Positions 9,623 to 21,400 of a stretch of DNA of 64,000 nt are shown here, piece by piece (position 1 is the stretch's first letter; every line of letters begins with the position of its first letter). The notes under the pieces are model-generated. The model was given only the letters and a program-made list of their open reading frames with translations, had not been told where the DNA came from and did not search any database. Made by a program: the position numbers and the translations under genes. The stretch lies in NCBI GenBank assembly GCA_944389745.1, contig CALXNM010000004.1, forward strand, positions 795 to 64,794, read 5' to 3'. The DNA is from an uncultured Clostridia bacterium. GTDB lineage: Bacteria; Bacillota; Clostridia; TANB77; CAG-508.

Positions 9623-9993
9623 TCCTTTCTCAGAGTTTTTAGAATAGCATCTATTTTAGCTCCATGCTCAATAGAATCATCTAATTCAAAAACCAATTCT
9701 GGAGTTATTCTTAAATTAACTGTATGTGCTAATCTAGATCTAATAAATCCAGAAGATTCTTTTAAGCCTTCTAATGTTTTCTTTACATTTTTTGAATTTA
9801 ATATACTTACATAAACCTTAGCATATTTAAAATCCGGTGTTATCTTTACTTTTGTAACACTAAGCATTCCTGTAACATTTGGATTTTTTAATTCATAATT
9901 CAAAACTTGGCTAAGCTCTTTTTTAAGCTCTTCATTAACTCTATTTAATCTAGTTTCATTTTTAGCCACTAGTCTATCCTCCTTTTTGCCCAT
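9619..9993 (-). CDS. rbfA: Ribosome-binding factor A
   Basis: RLNRVNEELKKELSQVL...VTKVKITPDFKYAKVY matches the RbfA pattern. It lies downstream of infB. Confidence 0.9.
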   Translation of the reverse strand: MGKKEDRLVAKNETRLNRVNEELKKELSQVLNYELKNPNVTGMLSVTKVKITPDFKYAKVYVSILNSKNVKKTLEGLKESSGFIRSRLAHTVNLRITPELVFELDDSIEHGAKIDAILKTLRKE

Positions 9994-10045
9994 TCTTATT
10001 CATTTTGTTAACTCTATTAGCTAGAGTAAGTTATCTTTCAAACTA

Positions 10046-12946
10046 CTATCTTTTAACTTCCTCCATAACATACACCTCAATGATGTCTCCTTCTTTAATA
10101 TCGTTATAATTTTCAATTTGAATACCACACTCAAATCCTTTTGTAACTTCTTTAACATCATCTTTGAAACGTTTTAGTGAAGCAAGTTTTCCTTCATGTA
10201 TTACTACATTATCACGAATAACTCTTACTCCTGCATTTCTTTCTACTTTTCCATCTAAAACATATGCACCTGCAATTGTTCCAACACTTGAAACTTTAAA
10301 TGTTTGTCTAACTTCTACATTACCAATTACTTTTTCTTCGTATACTGGTGCAAGCATTCCTTTCATTGCAGATTCTACATCTTCTATAGCATTGTATATT
10401 ACTGAGTATTGTTTAATTTCTACACCATCTTTTTCAGCCATATCTTTTGCTGCTAAACTTGGTCTTACATTAAATGCTATAACAATTGCTTTTGCAGCTT
10501 TTGCAAGTTGTACATCTGATTCTGAAACAGCTCCAACTGCTGAGTGTATAACTCTTACTCTAACTTCTTCATTTGATAATTTTTCTAATGATTGTTTTAA
10601 TGCTTGTGCTGTTCCTTGAACATCTGCTTTAACAATTATATCTAATTCTTTTAAGTTTTCACTTTCCATTCTTTCAAATAAATTACTTAAAGTTACTTTG
10701 CTTTGTGCTGCTAATTCTTTTTCTCTTTCTTGACGTTTTCTTCTTTCTACTAGGTGTTTTGCCATTTTTTCATTTTTAACTTCATAGAAAGTATCTCCTG
10801 CTTCTGGTACATCTGTAAGTCCCATTATTTCTACTGGTGTAGATGGTCCTGCTTTCTTTATTTTTTGTCCTTTATCATTTCTCATTGCTCTAATTCTACC
10901 AATTGATGTTCCAACTACAACTGTATCACCTACATCTAATGTTCCTCTTTGAACTAGAATTGAAGCAATTGGTCCTTTTGATTTATCTAGTCTTGCTTCT
11001 ATTACTGTACCTTTAGCTTGTTTATTAGGGTTTGCTTTAAGTTCTTTTACATCTGCTACTAAAAGTACCATTTCCAATAAGTTTTCAATATTAATATGTT
11101 TTTTAGCAGAGATTGGAACAAATATTGTATCTCCACCCCATTCTTCAGGTACTAAACTATATTCCATAAGTTCTTGTTTTACTTTTTCTACATTTGCACC
11201 TGGTAAATCAATTTTATTTACAGCAACAATAATTGGAATTTCTGCTGCTTTAGCATGATTTATAGCTTCTACTGTTTGTGGTTTAACACCATCATCCGCT
11301 GCAACAACTAATATCGCAATATCTGTTATTTGAGCACCTCTTGCTCTCATGCTTGTAAAAGCTTCATGTCCTGGTGTGTCTAGGAATGTAATTTCTCTTC
11401 CATTTACATTTACCATATATGCACCAATATGTTGTGTAATTCCTCCTGCTTCACCTTCTATTACATTAGTTCTTCTAATAGCATCAAGTAATGATGTTTT
11501 ACCATGGTCAACGTGACCCATAACAACAACTACTGGTGGTCTTGGTTTTAATTCATCTGGTGAATCTTCTGTATCATCAAAAAGAATATCTTCTTCTTTA
11601 ACTTCTTCTTTCTTATTAGCTGTTATTCCAAATTCACTTGCTACTAAATATGCTGTATCAAAATCCAAAGTATTGTTAATTGTAGCCATAATTCCTAAGC
11701 CAACTAATTTTTTTATAACTTCTGCTGAAGTTTTTTTCATTTCTTGTGCTAAATCTTTTACAGTAATATTTTCTGGTATTGTAATTTCTTTAAGCTCAAA
11801 TATTTTTTGTTTATTTCTTTCTTCATTACTCTTTTGAGCTTTCTTTTTGTTTCTTTTTCCTCTAGCAGTTGTTAAATCATAATATTCAAGCATTCCACCA
11901 TCTTGTTCTGTAAACATATTTGATAAACTATCAACTTGTTTTAGATCTTTTAATTTACCACTATCAAATTCATCAAATTGATTATTTCTTCTTGATTTAT
12001 TAGTCTTTTTAGCTTTATTATCATCATATTGACGGCTTGCTTTTTGCTTGTCTATTGCTCTGGAAGTATAATCTCTTTGAGATTCTTTTTCTACTACTTC
12101 ATTTGTCATTATATTTTTGATGTTTTTATCAATTCCTCTTTCATCAAGTGGTCTTCTATTATTTCTTTGACCGTTATTATTTCTAAAGTTGTTTGAATTA
12201 TTGTGATTATTATATCCTCTTTCATTATTTCTATAGTTTTGATTTCTGTCATTTCCTCTTTGACTATTGTTGTTTCTGAAATTATTATTTCTTTGATTAT
12301 TATTATTTCTAAAATTATTATTTTTATTATCAAAATTTTTGTTTACAACTTTATTTTCTTTATTATTTTCTATTTTGTTTTCTTGTTTATCATCTTTAAC
12401 ACTTACTTTTTCTGTTACTACTTCTGCTTTAATATTACTAACCTCTTCTTTCTTTTCTGCTTTATTCTCTATTTCTTTAGTTTCTTCTTTTTTCTCTTCC
12501 TTCTTTTCTGCTTTTGGTTTTAATCCAAAAAGTTCACTTACAGTAAGAGGTTTTGTTTGTTTGTTTCTATATACAATATTATAATCTTGCTTATTTCTTC
12601 TTTCTACAAAGCCTACCTCTTTATGTCCCTTTTCCTTAGCTTCTTTATTTTTCTTTGAATTTTCATCTTCTTCTGAAATTATAACTTCTCTTCTAATAAT
12701 AACAGGAGTTTCTGCTTTTTTCGTATTTGAAGAAGTAGATTCTTTTTTTACTGTTTTTCCAGAAGTTCCTTCTTTTTTATTTGCTTTTTCTTTAATCTTA
12801 GCTGCTTGTTCATCATCCACAGCGCTCAAATGACTTGTTACATTTATTCCCATCTCATTTGCTATTTTTATTATTTCTTTACTAGCCATTCCTACTTCTT
12901 TTGCTATTTCATGTATTTTTATCTTACCCAATAGCTTCACCCCCAT
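10046..12946 (-). CDS. infB: Translation initiation factor IF-2
   Basis: [20 protein letters not shown] and NKID GTPase motifs are present. The true start may be the TTG at 12931, 6 nt after GGGGTG, giving [14 protein letters not shown]. Confidence 0.95.
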   Translation of the reverse strand: MGVKLLGKIKIHEIAKEVGMASKEIIKIANEMGINVTSHLSAVDDEQAAKIKEKANKKEGTSGKTVKKESTSSNTKKAETPVIIRREVIISEEDENSKKNKEAKEKGHKEVGFVERRNKQDYNIVYRNKQTKPLTVSELFGLKPKAEKKEEKKEETKEIENKAEKKEEVSNIKAEVVTEKVSVKDDKQENKIENNKENKVVNKNFDNKNNNFRNNNNQRNNNFRNNNSQRGNDRNQNYRNNERGYNNHNNSNNFRNNNGQRNNRRPLDERGIDKNIKNIMTNEVVEKESQRDYTSRAIDKQKASRQYDDNKAKKTNKSRRNNQFDEFDSGKLKDLKQVDSLSNMFTEQDGGMLEYYDLTTARGKRNKKKAQKSNEERNKQKIFELKEITIPENITVKDLAQEMKKTSAEVIKKLVGLGIMATINNTLDFDTAYLVASEFGITANKKEEVKEEDILFDDTEDSPDELKPRPPVVVVMGHVDHGKTSLLDAIRRTNVIEGEAGGITQHIGAYMVNVNGREITFLDTPGHEAFTSMRARGAQITDIAILVVAADDGVKPQTVEAINHAKAAEIPIIVAVNKIDLPGANVEKVKQELMEYSLVPEEWGGDTIFVPISAKKHINIENLLEMVLLVADVKELKANPNKQAKGTVIEARLDKSKGPIASILVQRGTLDVGDTVVVGTSIGRIRAMRNDKGQKIKKAGPSTPVEIMGLTDVPEAGDTFYEVKNEKMAKHLVERRKRQEREKELAAQSKVTLSNLFERMESENLKELDIIVKADVQGTAQALKQSLEKLSNEEVRVRVIHSAVGAVSESDVQLAKAAKAIVIAFNVRPSLAAKDMAEKDGVEIKQYSVIYNAIEDVESAMKGMLAPVYEEKVIGNVEVRQTFKVSSVGTIAGAYVLDGKVERNAGVRVIRDNVVIHEGKLASLKRFKDDVKEVTKGFECGIQIENYNDIKEGDIIEVYVMEEVKR
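12152..12343 (-). repeat. Degenerate tandem Asn-rich low-complexity repeat inside the infB N-terminal region
   Basis: It translates as [33 protein letters not shown]...[14 protein letters not shown]. Confidence 0.7.
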
Positions 12947-13247
12947 TAATAATTTTTTCTATCTCATTTGCAAAGTTTACATCTTTAACTCCAATTACAG
13001 CCTTATTGTTTTTCCCTATTGCATGGCTTATTTCATCTATTGTTAAATATTCAATAAATTTAATACCTTTACTATTACAAAGATTATTAAATTTACTTTT
13101 TGTTCTCTCAGATGCATCTGATGCTACAATTATTAAATTAATTTTATTTTTTTCTATATCGCTTACACATGCATCTGTTCCAAATGTAATCTTCCCTGCA
13201 CGTGTTGCTAAGCCTAATAATCCACATATTTTACTACTTGTCAACAA
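12924..13247 (-). CDS. ylxQ: L7Ae-family RNA-binding protein YlxQ
   Basis: [13 protein letters not shown]...[13 protein letters not shown], in the conserved position between ylxR and infB. Confidence 0.8.
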   Translation of the reverse strand: MLTSSKICGLLGLATRAGKITFGTDACVSDIEKNKINLIIVASDASERTKSKFNNLCNSKGIKFIEYLTIDEISHAIGKNNKAVIGVKDVNFANEIEKIINGGEAIG

Positions 13248-13495
13248 TTACACCTCTTAAATTCTCATATATTTCTTCTGATATTTTAGTTCCGAATATT
13301 CTTTCAAGCCTTTTACTTTTTATAGCTTTTTCTAAACATTGTATATCAGGGCAGATATATGCACCTCTTCCATTTGCCTTGCCTGTTTTATCTATAAAAA
13401 TGTCGCCTTCTTTATTTTTAACTATCCTTATTAAATCATTTTTATTTTTTCCGAGAATTACATCCTATACAAGTTCTTTGTGGTAAACTTTTCAA
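13234..13495 (-). pseudogene. ylxR: YlxR (DUF448) RNA-binding protein, interrupted by a frameshift in a poly-A run
   Basis: An AAGGAGAGG RBS precedes the TTG at 13495. It reads MKSLPQRTCIGCNSRKK, then TAA. The +1 frame continues NKNDLIRIVKNKEGDIFIDKTGKANGRGAYICPDIQCLEKAIKSKRLERIF... to the TAG at 13234-13236. The A6 run is at 13445-13450; A5 would restore a single frame. Confidence 0.7.
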
Positions 13496-13535
13496 ACTAA
13501 TTCCTCTCCTTTATTATATTTGTACATATAACATA

Positions 13536-14681
13536 TTATTCTTCTGTCTCTTCCTCATCTTCAGCTTCTGCAGCATGTTGTGCAAGCATTTCTCTAAATT
13601 GAGACTCGCTCTTTATATCTATTTTCCAATTTGTAAGTCTTGCAGCTAATCTTGCATTTTGTCCAGCTTTTCCTATTGCTAATGATAATTGATCATCTCT
13701 TACTATTACTTGTGCAAATTTTTCTTCTGGTTTTACATCTACTGCCATAACCTCTGCTGGAAGTAATGCAGCTGAAATAAATATTGCTGGGTCTTCAGAC
13801 CATTCTATAACATCTATTTTTTCCCCATTAAGTTCATTTATTATATTTTGTATACGAATTCCTTTTTGTCCAACACAAGAACCAACTGGATCTATGTTTT
13901 CATTTGGAGAATAAACAGCTACTTTACATCTGTTTCCTGGGTCTCTTGAAATACTCTTTATTTCAATCACACCTTCATATATTTCTGGTATTTCTAATTC
14001 GAATAATTTTCTTACAAAATCCACATGAGCTCTTGAAACTATAACTTGTGGAGCTCCTTTTGTTCCTCTTTCTACATCTATTATAACTGCTCTTATTTTA
14101 TCATTAACTTTATATGTTTCTGTTGGTATTTGTTCCTTTACTGGCATAACTCCTTCAAGTCTTCCTAAATCTAAAACAACTATACCACCATCAGCTTTTT
14201 GAACTATTCCTGATACAATTTCACCTTTTCTTTCATTAAATTCATCAAATAGAAAGTTTCTTGTGGCTTCTCTTATTTTTTGTACTATTACTTGTTTTGC
14301 AGTTTGTGCTGCAATTCTTCCAAAGTTTTTTGGAACTTGTTCAATCTCTGCTTTGTCACCAACTTCTAGTTTTTTATTTATTTTTCTAGCATCATCCAAA
14401 CTAATTTGAAGTTTACTATTTTCTACGTCTTCTGGTTTTTCTACTACATCTTTTTCTGCATATACATGGATTTCTCCTGTCTCTTTATCCATTGTAATTT
14501 TTACATTTTCTGCAGAATCAAAATTTCTTTTATATGCTGTAACTAAAGCTGTTTCTATTGCTTCTAGTAATACATCTTTCTTAATTCCATTTTCTTTTTC
14601 TAATTCATCCATTGCAATTATTAATTCTTTACTATCTATTGCTTGATTATTTGTTTTAGATGTTTTTTTCATTTTTTCCAA
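13536..14681 (-). CDS. nusA: Transcription termination/antitermination factor NusA
   Basis: S1 and KH domain sequence (GEIVSGIV..., VGQKGIRIQNI, AIGKAGQNARLAARL). Confidence 0.95.
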   Translation of the reverse strand: MEKMKKTSKTNNQAIDSKELIIAMDELEKENGIKKDVLLEAIETALVTAYKRNFDSAENVKITMDKETGEIHVYAEKDVVEKPEDVENSKLQISLDDARKINKKLEVGDKAEIEQVPKNFGRIAAQTAKQVIVQKIREATRNFLFDEFNERKGEIVSGIVQKADGGIVVLDLGRLEGVMPVKEQIPTETYKVNDKIRAVIIDVERGTKGAPQVIVSRAHVDFVRKLFELEIPEIYEGVIEIKSISRDPGNRCKVAVYSPNENIDPVGSCVGQKGIRIQNIINELNGEKIDVIEWSEDPAIFISAALLPAEVMAVDVKPEEKFAQVIVRDDQLSLAIGKAGQNARLAARLTNWKIDIKSESQFREMLAQHAAEAEDEEETEE

Positions 14682-14712
14682 ACTCCTCCTTAAGATATTT
14701 AGCTATATCTAC

Positions 14713-15258
14713 TTAAATACTGTCCCAGTCAAAAACTGTTTTTATTAAAGAAATATTATTTCTTTCTATATTTAGTTTTTGATTATTGTCTAACTCTATG
14801 ACAATTTGATTTGTATCAAAGCTATCTAATTTGCCTTGTATTTCTTTTAATTTGTTAGCCTTATTTTTATTTTTCTTGCTTTTAGATTTTTTGTTTTGCT
14901 CAACAGATTCATCCTCTTCTTGCCCAATTTCTATTGGCTTAAATAATTTTATTTGTATTTGATTACCAATATTATCTTGTAAATGTTTATCTTTCCTTAA
15001 AATTTTCTCTAAACCTGTAGAAGAAACTTCTAAGAAATATTGGTCTTTTATATAATCTGCTGAATCTAGTAAATCGTTTATTGCATCATTTACTTTTTCA
15101 CAATCATTTAAATCTATAGAACCATTTTCTTTTTCTATAAATATACGTAAATAATATTCTTGCCCTTCTTTTACATATTGCACATCATAAATGTTATATC
15201 CAAGGCTCTCTATTTTATCTTTAACTAGATTTTCTATCTTTTCTTCTATATTTGCCAT
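14713..15258 (-). CDS. rimP: Ribosome maturation factor RimP, with a Lys-rich internal insertion
   Basis: YLRIFIEKENGSIDLNDCEKVNDAINDLLD and LEVSSTGLEK match the RimP pattern. It lies upstream of nusA. Confidence 0.85.
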   Translation of the reverse strand: MANIEEKIENLVKDKIESLGYNIYDVQYVKEGQEYYLRIFIEKENGSIDLNDCEKVNDAINDLLDSADYIKDQYFLEVSSTGLEKILRKDKHLQDNIGNQIQIKLFKPIEIGQEEDESVEQNKKSKSKKNKNKANKLKEIQGKLDSFDTNQIVIELDNNQKLNIERNNISLIKTVFDWDSI

Positions 15259-15344
15259 AGACTCTCCTTTTTTATTTATACGTAAAGTTATATTACGTAA
15301 GGAAGAGCGGAATTTGTTTCCGCTCTTCTCTTTATGTCTGTTAT

Positions 15345-15373
15345 ATTATACACCCAAATTCAGGCAATTGCAA
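15345..15373 (-). promoter_or_regulatory. Sigma-A-like promoter of the rimP-nusA-infB operon
   Basis: On the minus strand: TTGCAA, a 17-nt spacer, then TGtATAAT. Confidence 0.5.
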
Positions 15374-15399
15374 GTATTTTTTTACATTTTTTGTTATGC

Positions 15400-15428
15400 G
15401 TGCCATTGGGGACAGACCCCTTTGGCAC
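15400..15428. repeat. REP-like palindromic element (GTGCCA..GGGG-N5-CCCC..TGGCAC family), copy 1
   Basis: GTGCCATTGGGGACAGACCCCTTTGGCAC lies immediately 3' of giant gene 1. Confidence 0.6.
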
Positions 15429-15435
15429 AGTTTCT

Positions 15436-18400
15436 TTATTTATTTTTCTCTTTTTTGTTGTTTTTTATAATTATTTTTCTTAAAACAACTAACGCTATTA
15501 CAGCTACAGCAATTATTGAAATTACTATTACAGCACCATTTGCTTGTGGCTTACTTTCTTCGTTTGTTTCATAGTTGTAAACACTTTCTAAGCCATTTTC
15601 TTTAATTTTTGTTGTTTCTGACACAGGTGTTTCTTCTTCTCCATTTAGTATTTCATCTTCGCTGTATACTTCATATTCACCTGTATCTGCATTATATACT
15701 GTAATGTAACTGTTGTCTGCAGTTGTACTTGTATTAGTATTTGAATTTACATTTTCAGAGCTAGAGTTTCCGCTTAAATTATCTGTATTGTTAGTGCTGA
15801 TACCGTTGTTTGATGCTCCTTGCATTGCTTCTTCTACTGGTAATTTAGCAAGTTTTTCTTCTAGTTCTTTACTCTTTTGATATTCTTGCTGCTTATCTTC
15901 ATAGTCATTCCATATATTTGCAAAACTTCTAGTTAAATAATTTACTAGTCCTTCATCTGCTTTTTCGTCATTTTCATATATAACATTTCCAGTTACATAG
16001 TTGAACACAATTACTTTTCCAGTATTGTATAGCACCATCATTTCAGGCTTTTCTACATCTGTATTTTGAACTATTTGATTAATGTTACTACTTAAGAAAT
16101 TATCTGGATATTGTAGCATTTCTTTTAAGTCTACTAATTCTCCTGCACTGTTTAATATTGTTTGATACTCTTTGTTGTTATAATTATCTACAATACTGTT
16201 TCCAATTTTCATATCTACATTACTTGCTATTGCTGATAACTCATCATTTCTTACATTATATATTTGTGATTTTATATTGTCATTTACTGTACTATATGTC
16301 CCATATGTTTCTATGATATTTCCGTTGTAGCTGTATGTGTGAAGTGGAGTTGTAGTTTGTTGTAATGTTGTAGTAACCGCCTCAGTTGATTTTTCATTTG
16401 TGCTATCTTCTGCATTTGTTACCGTTTGTTTTGTTGCAATATCCACAATTTGTCCACTACTACTTAATGCATAACCATCATATACATTTACATAGTCTCC
16501 TAATTGACCTTCTCCGTTTATGTATAAGCTTGTGCCTAATAAGTATGCGTTGTTGCTACCTACTAAGCTTGCTTCACTTCTTACTTCATCTGGTGTAATT
16601 GTAATTGTTTCATTGTCTTGTCCGTTTGTTAGCTTTATTTCTAATGTGTCTTGGTAATTGTATTTGAATGTATATGTTTTCTTAGTTAAGTCTACCTTTT
16701 CTTTTTCTTCACCATTTACGTAATATGTAAAGCTTACTCCTTCTGGAATATCACTAAAATCTATATTTATCTCATCTACCTTTGTTGGATACACTTTATA
16801 ACTTGGTAATGATTCTAGTCTTTGTGTTGATATTCCATTTGCATCAGCTAAATTGTTTGTGTTATTTCTTGTTCCATTAGCATTATCATCGTTTTCATCA
16901 TCAACACTTAATGAGTTTAATTCTGTAATTTCTGGGTCTGTTGGTAAGTCTACACCAGTTTGTAATTCTGGCAAGTATAAAAACGGATTTTTAGGATATT
17001 TTCCCTCTGACAGTGATGCATAATTCCAATATGTTGTTCCTAGTCCAATCTTACTAGAATATGTATTTTGTTTCTCTAAATCTGATCTTACTAAATATTG
17101 TTCGTCATCAATATTATCATTCGTTGCATAAACATAATTTCCGTTTAAAGTACTATACCTATACACATATGTATTCGTTATATAATCATTTTCGTCCGGT
17201 CTTCCACCTATTATTAGTGAACTAGTAGAAGTATTATCACTTATAACATCAGCTTCTATATAATTATTATTATATAACGGTTGTTCTCTATAGATTGCCG
17301 CAGTAATATCACCTATTAGCCCTCCAGCTTTAGTTGGTGCAGTAATAGAACTATCAATTACCATTGAATCTTGAACACTAACAGTTTTAGTTAAAGATGT
17401 CATACCAGTATTATTAATTCCTCCAAAAACCCCTCCGGCAGAACTTACATCTGCACTTACCTTAACATTTATGCTTAACTGCCCGACTCTCCCCCAAGAA
17501 GAAAATCCGTAAACACCACCACAATTCGATGCTCCTCGAATTACACTTTTAGCAATATATCCTTGATATAAACTCGATCTACCGTCACCTACATTATAGC
17601 CAACAACACCACCTGCATTAACACCATTACTATCAACGACAACACCATCTACCTGAAAGTCCCAAAGCGAAGTCCAAGAAACACCTCCAATAAGTCCTCC
17701 AGTACCTTGTGAATTTGCATTAGCAGATGTCACTTCTGTATCATACACAGCCCACTCTGAATTTACGCCGCCATTAAGTAAACCAGCAATACCTCCCGTG
17801 CTAAACGCTCCAGATATACGACATAATTGCACTTCTATATTTTTTCTGTTACTACTACCTTCATACGCATTAACATATCCAAATATACCACCAACATTAG
17901 TATGTCCATCAACCTCTGTATTAAAAGCTTTAAAATCCAAGAAACTACCATATTGACTTCCACCTAAGATTCCAGCTACATAATTATTACCTACTATATT
18001 TGAATTTTCTATATACAAATTTTCCATATTAAAATGACTACCAAATTGATATCCTATAATTCCTCCAATATAATTACTTCTTCCATTAATCGTTATATCA
18101 TTACCATTTATATTATGAATATAAGTACTTATTGGAATAGAAATATAGCCTACTAGTCCACCGATGTAACCCTGCCCATTAATCGTTATACTATACAGAT
18201 TCACATCATAGATTTTTCCTGAAGTCATCCCCCCTATCATTCCCATATAACTTATACCATTTGCTTCAATAGTAACCTTATTAAATCTTAAATTTTCTAC
18301 GTCTCCATTATTACTTGCAATCACTCCAAAATAATTTCCAGAACCAGCTGTATTTGTTAAAGTTATATTTTCAAACCCTATATTTTTAATGCTTGTTTTT

Positions 18401-21400
18401 ACATTGTTTATTAATCCTGTATTTGCTGTACTATATGATAACTCCATATTCTTTAATGTATATACTTTATTTTCCGCCTCTAACCTATTTACATTTATGT
18501 TATTTTTTATATTCGTTTTGCCTGCAAAATCTATATCTGCCATTAATCTATAGTTTTGATAAGTATCTTCTTCTATACTTTGCCAATCTTCATATGTATA
18601 TATTTCTTTATAGAATTGTACTGGTATCTCATTTTCCACTTCTTTTATTTGCTCTTCCTCTTCATTTTCCATCTTGTATTTTATTCCAGTTAGTTTATAG
18701 CTATCATAATATCTTGTTGGTGTAACACGCACTGTTATGCTTGTTATTCCGTTTTGCGTTACATTTCTTGTTATACCTGCAACTATCATATCCTCTATTT
18801 CTATATTTGTTATTTCTACTTCTTCTGGATTATTTATTCTTATTGTTATTTCTGCTTCCGTTGTATTTGGTTTTATTGCTTCTAGACTTTCTATTACTAA
18901 ATCTATATTATCTATTTCTTTATTTTCATCCACATATATATCTTCTTGATTTGGTAATAGTTCTGTTCCTTCTATATTATATAACTTTGGTAATATTCCT
19001 TCGCCTTTACCATCATAATTATAATTATCACCTAAATCCAAACTTAAAACCTCTTCTTCATTTAAAAGAGTAGCTCCTTTTTCTTCGTTATTTTCATAAC
19101 CGTTTAATAACTGTTTTTCATATGCATAGTTATTACTTACTGTATCAGAATTGTTTCCAATTGTTCTATTTAAAATATCCAATCCCGATGTTGTGTATAT
19201 GTTTCCTATACTTAAATTATTTGTAATAGATTCTAACCTACTACCAGAGTATAAACCAATTATTCCTCCAACATTACTGTTTGTTGTTGAAATATTTACT
19301 TTTGAATAACAATTTTCTATGTTTGCAGTTCCTATTGCTCCTATAATTCCTCCTACGTTTAAGTTAACTGAATTAATTTGCCCTTCTGCATAACAGTTTC
19401 TTATTTTATTTGAATTGTCACCTAAGCCAGCTATTCCACCTATTCCAGAACTTACACCTTTTGTATCATTTATATATAATCTTTTTACATAACAATTTTC
19501 TATAGTTGTGTTAGCAATTTGTCCAACTAATCCTCCTATTATAACGTTACTCAAATTGCCACTTACCGTTATTTTGACATTATTAGCCGAACAATTTTTT
19601 AATGTTGAATAAACTGAATCATGCAATATTGCTCCAGCTCCCCAATTACCTGTTTTTGTTATAGTAACATTTGACATATGCACATTATCAATTGTTGAAC
19701 CATTTTGAGCGTGCGTTATTAGTCCCCCATTCGACGTTACTTCTTGATTAAAATTGGTTATAAATAAATTATTTAAAGTTCCATATAAATTACCAATAAA
19801 TCCGATATCACTGTTCATATTTATATTTGATATAGTATGTCCATTTCCGTTTATTATTCCGTTTATATTTGGCAAATTTATAGTATTTCCTTCATTTATA
19901 AAATTTAAATCAGACATAAGCATATAGTTTTCAGTAGGTGAATCATTTATAGCCTTCCAGTCATTTACATTCCATATTTCTTTATATAAATCTACATTTA
20001 TTACTCTTTCCCCTGCATCATATGGTCTCGTATATGAACTTCCAAATGCACCTTTTACAGTAATACTTTGTACATCATAACTTGATACACGTATTACTGG
20101 ATTTTTTAATTCTGCTATTACAGTACTTTTTCCATTACTATATTCTTGTGATAGTATCTCTACATCTAAGTTTGCTATTTTTATTTCGCTTATTTGCTCT
20201 GCTGATGGATTATTTACGCTGAACTGTACTTTTACCGTATCAGTTCCTTGTTCTAATACCCTTGTTGATAATATATCCGGTAAATCAGCATCTTCTACTT
20301 CTGGCAATTCTATATACTCTTGTGCAGGCATAACATCTGGCATATATACCTGCGGATAATACCCCCCATTCACGAGCTCATCTACAATAAAAGCTTTGTT
20401 TCCATTTATTAATTGATTCTGGTATACAACATCCCATAGCGATAATTTATTACCTTTTATTTCAAGCTCATCTGTATATATTGCATCAGAAAAATAGTAA
20501 TTGTTATATATTTTTTTAGAATTCTTATTTTGTATATTAGGGCCATAATCCAAATTATCTTTAGGTTTTTCCTCTATAGAGTAAACATTTTGAATTGTTG
20601 CATTACCATCATTTGTATAAACTAAATTTGATACTTGGTTAGAACCATTAATGTAATTAATATTTATAATTGTAAACATGTTTTCTATTATTCCATTACC
20701 AGTATTATATTGCGTCATTCTCACAACACCTGATGCATTACCTGACTCTAACATATATCCATTTCTTATAGTTCCATAATTTTGATAGTTCATACCTGAA
20801 ATTGAATATGCATCTTTTAAATTAATAACAAAATTTTCTATAAATCCATAATTATTGTAAGCCAATAACCAAAAATCCGTATTTTCGTTTTGGTTTGTTT
20901 CAATTAAATTTAATTGTACATTCTTTAAAGTTCCATAATTTTCAAGAGTTAATCCTCCATGTAATATTGTAGCGACTGAATTATTTATCTTTAAATCAAA
21001 TATTAAATTCTCTAAAGCCCCTTTGTTTCCTATTCTATGAAATATTTGAGAATTATTACTTAAGTCTCTTTTTAAAGTTTTACCATTAAAATCGATTCTT
21101 CCTTCAAATGGAAGTCCATAATATCCAAATCTATACTGAGTTCCAGAAACTCCTGATAAATCTATATCATTTAATACTATATATTCTCCATATGGTTGTA
21201 TTTTTAGAAAATCATTTAAATTTCTTATTCCCTTTATTTCTTTTCCACCTTCTGTTGAAAATTCTTGTGAGTCTAATCCATAATATCTATCTGATATTTT
21301 TACCAATAATTCTATTCTATAATTTGCATCTGGTTCTAAATTGTAAGTTTTTTGTACATTTTCTACTATATTGCTTTCGCCTATTTCTTCGTAACGAATT

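Noticed and set aside
12109-12584. Alternative-frame and antisense ORFs lie within the infB low-complexity region.
   Set aside because: They are products of the repetitive AT-rich sequence and lie inside the clearly real IF-2 frame.
15436-15700. An LPXTG sortase signal might be present at the C-terminus of the giant proteins.
   Set aside because: No LPXTG, NPQTN or similar motif precedes the C-terminal hydrophobic helix in any of the three paralogs. Only the conserved KPQANG string is present.
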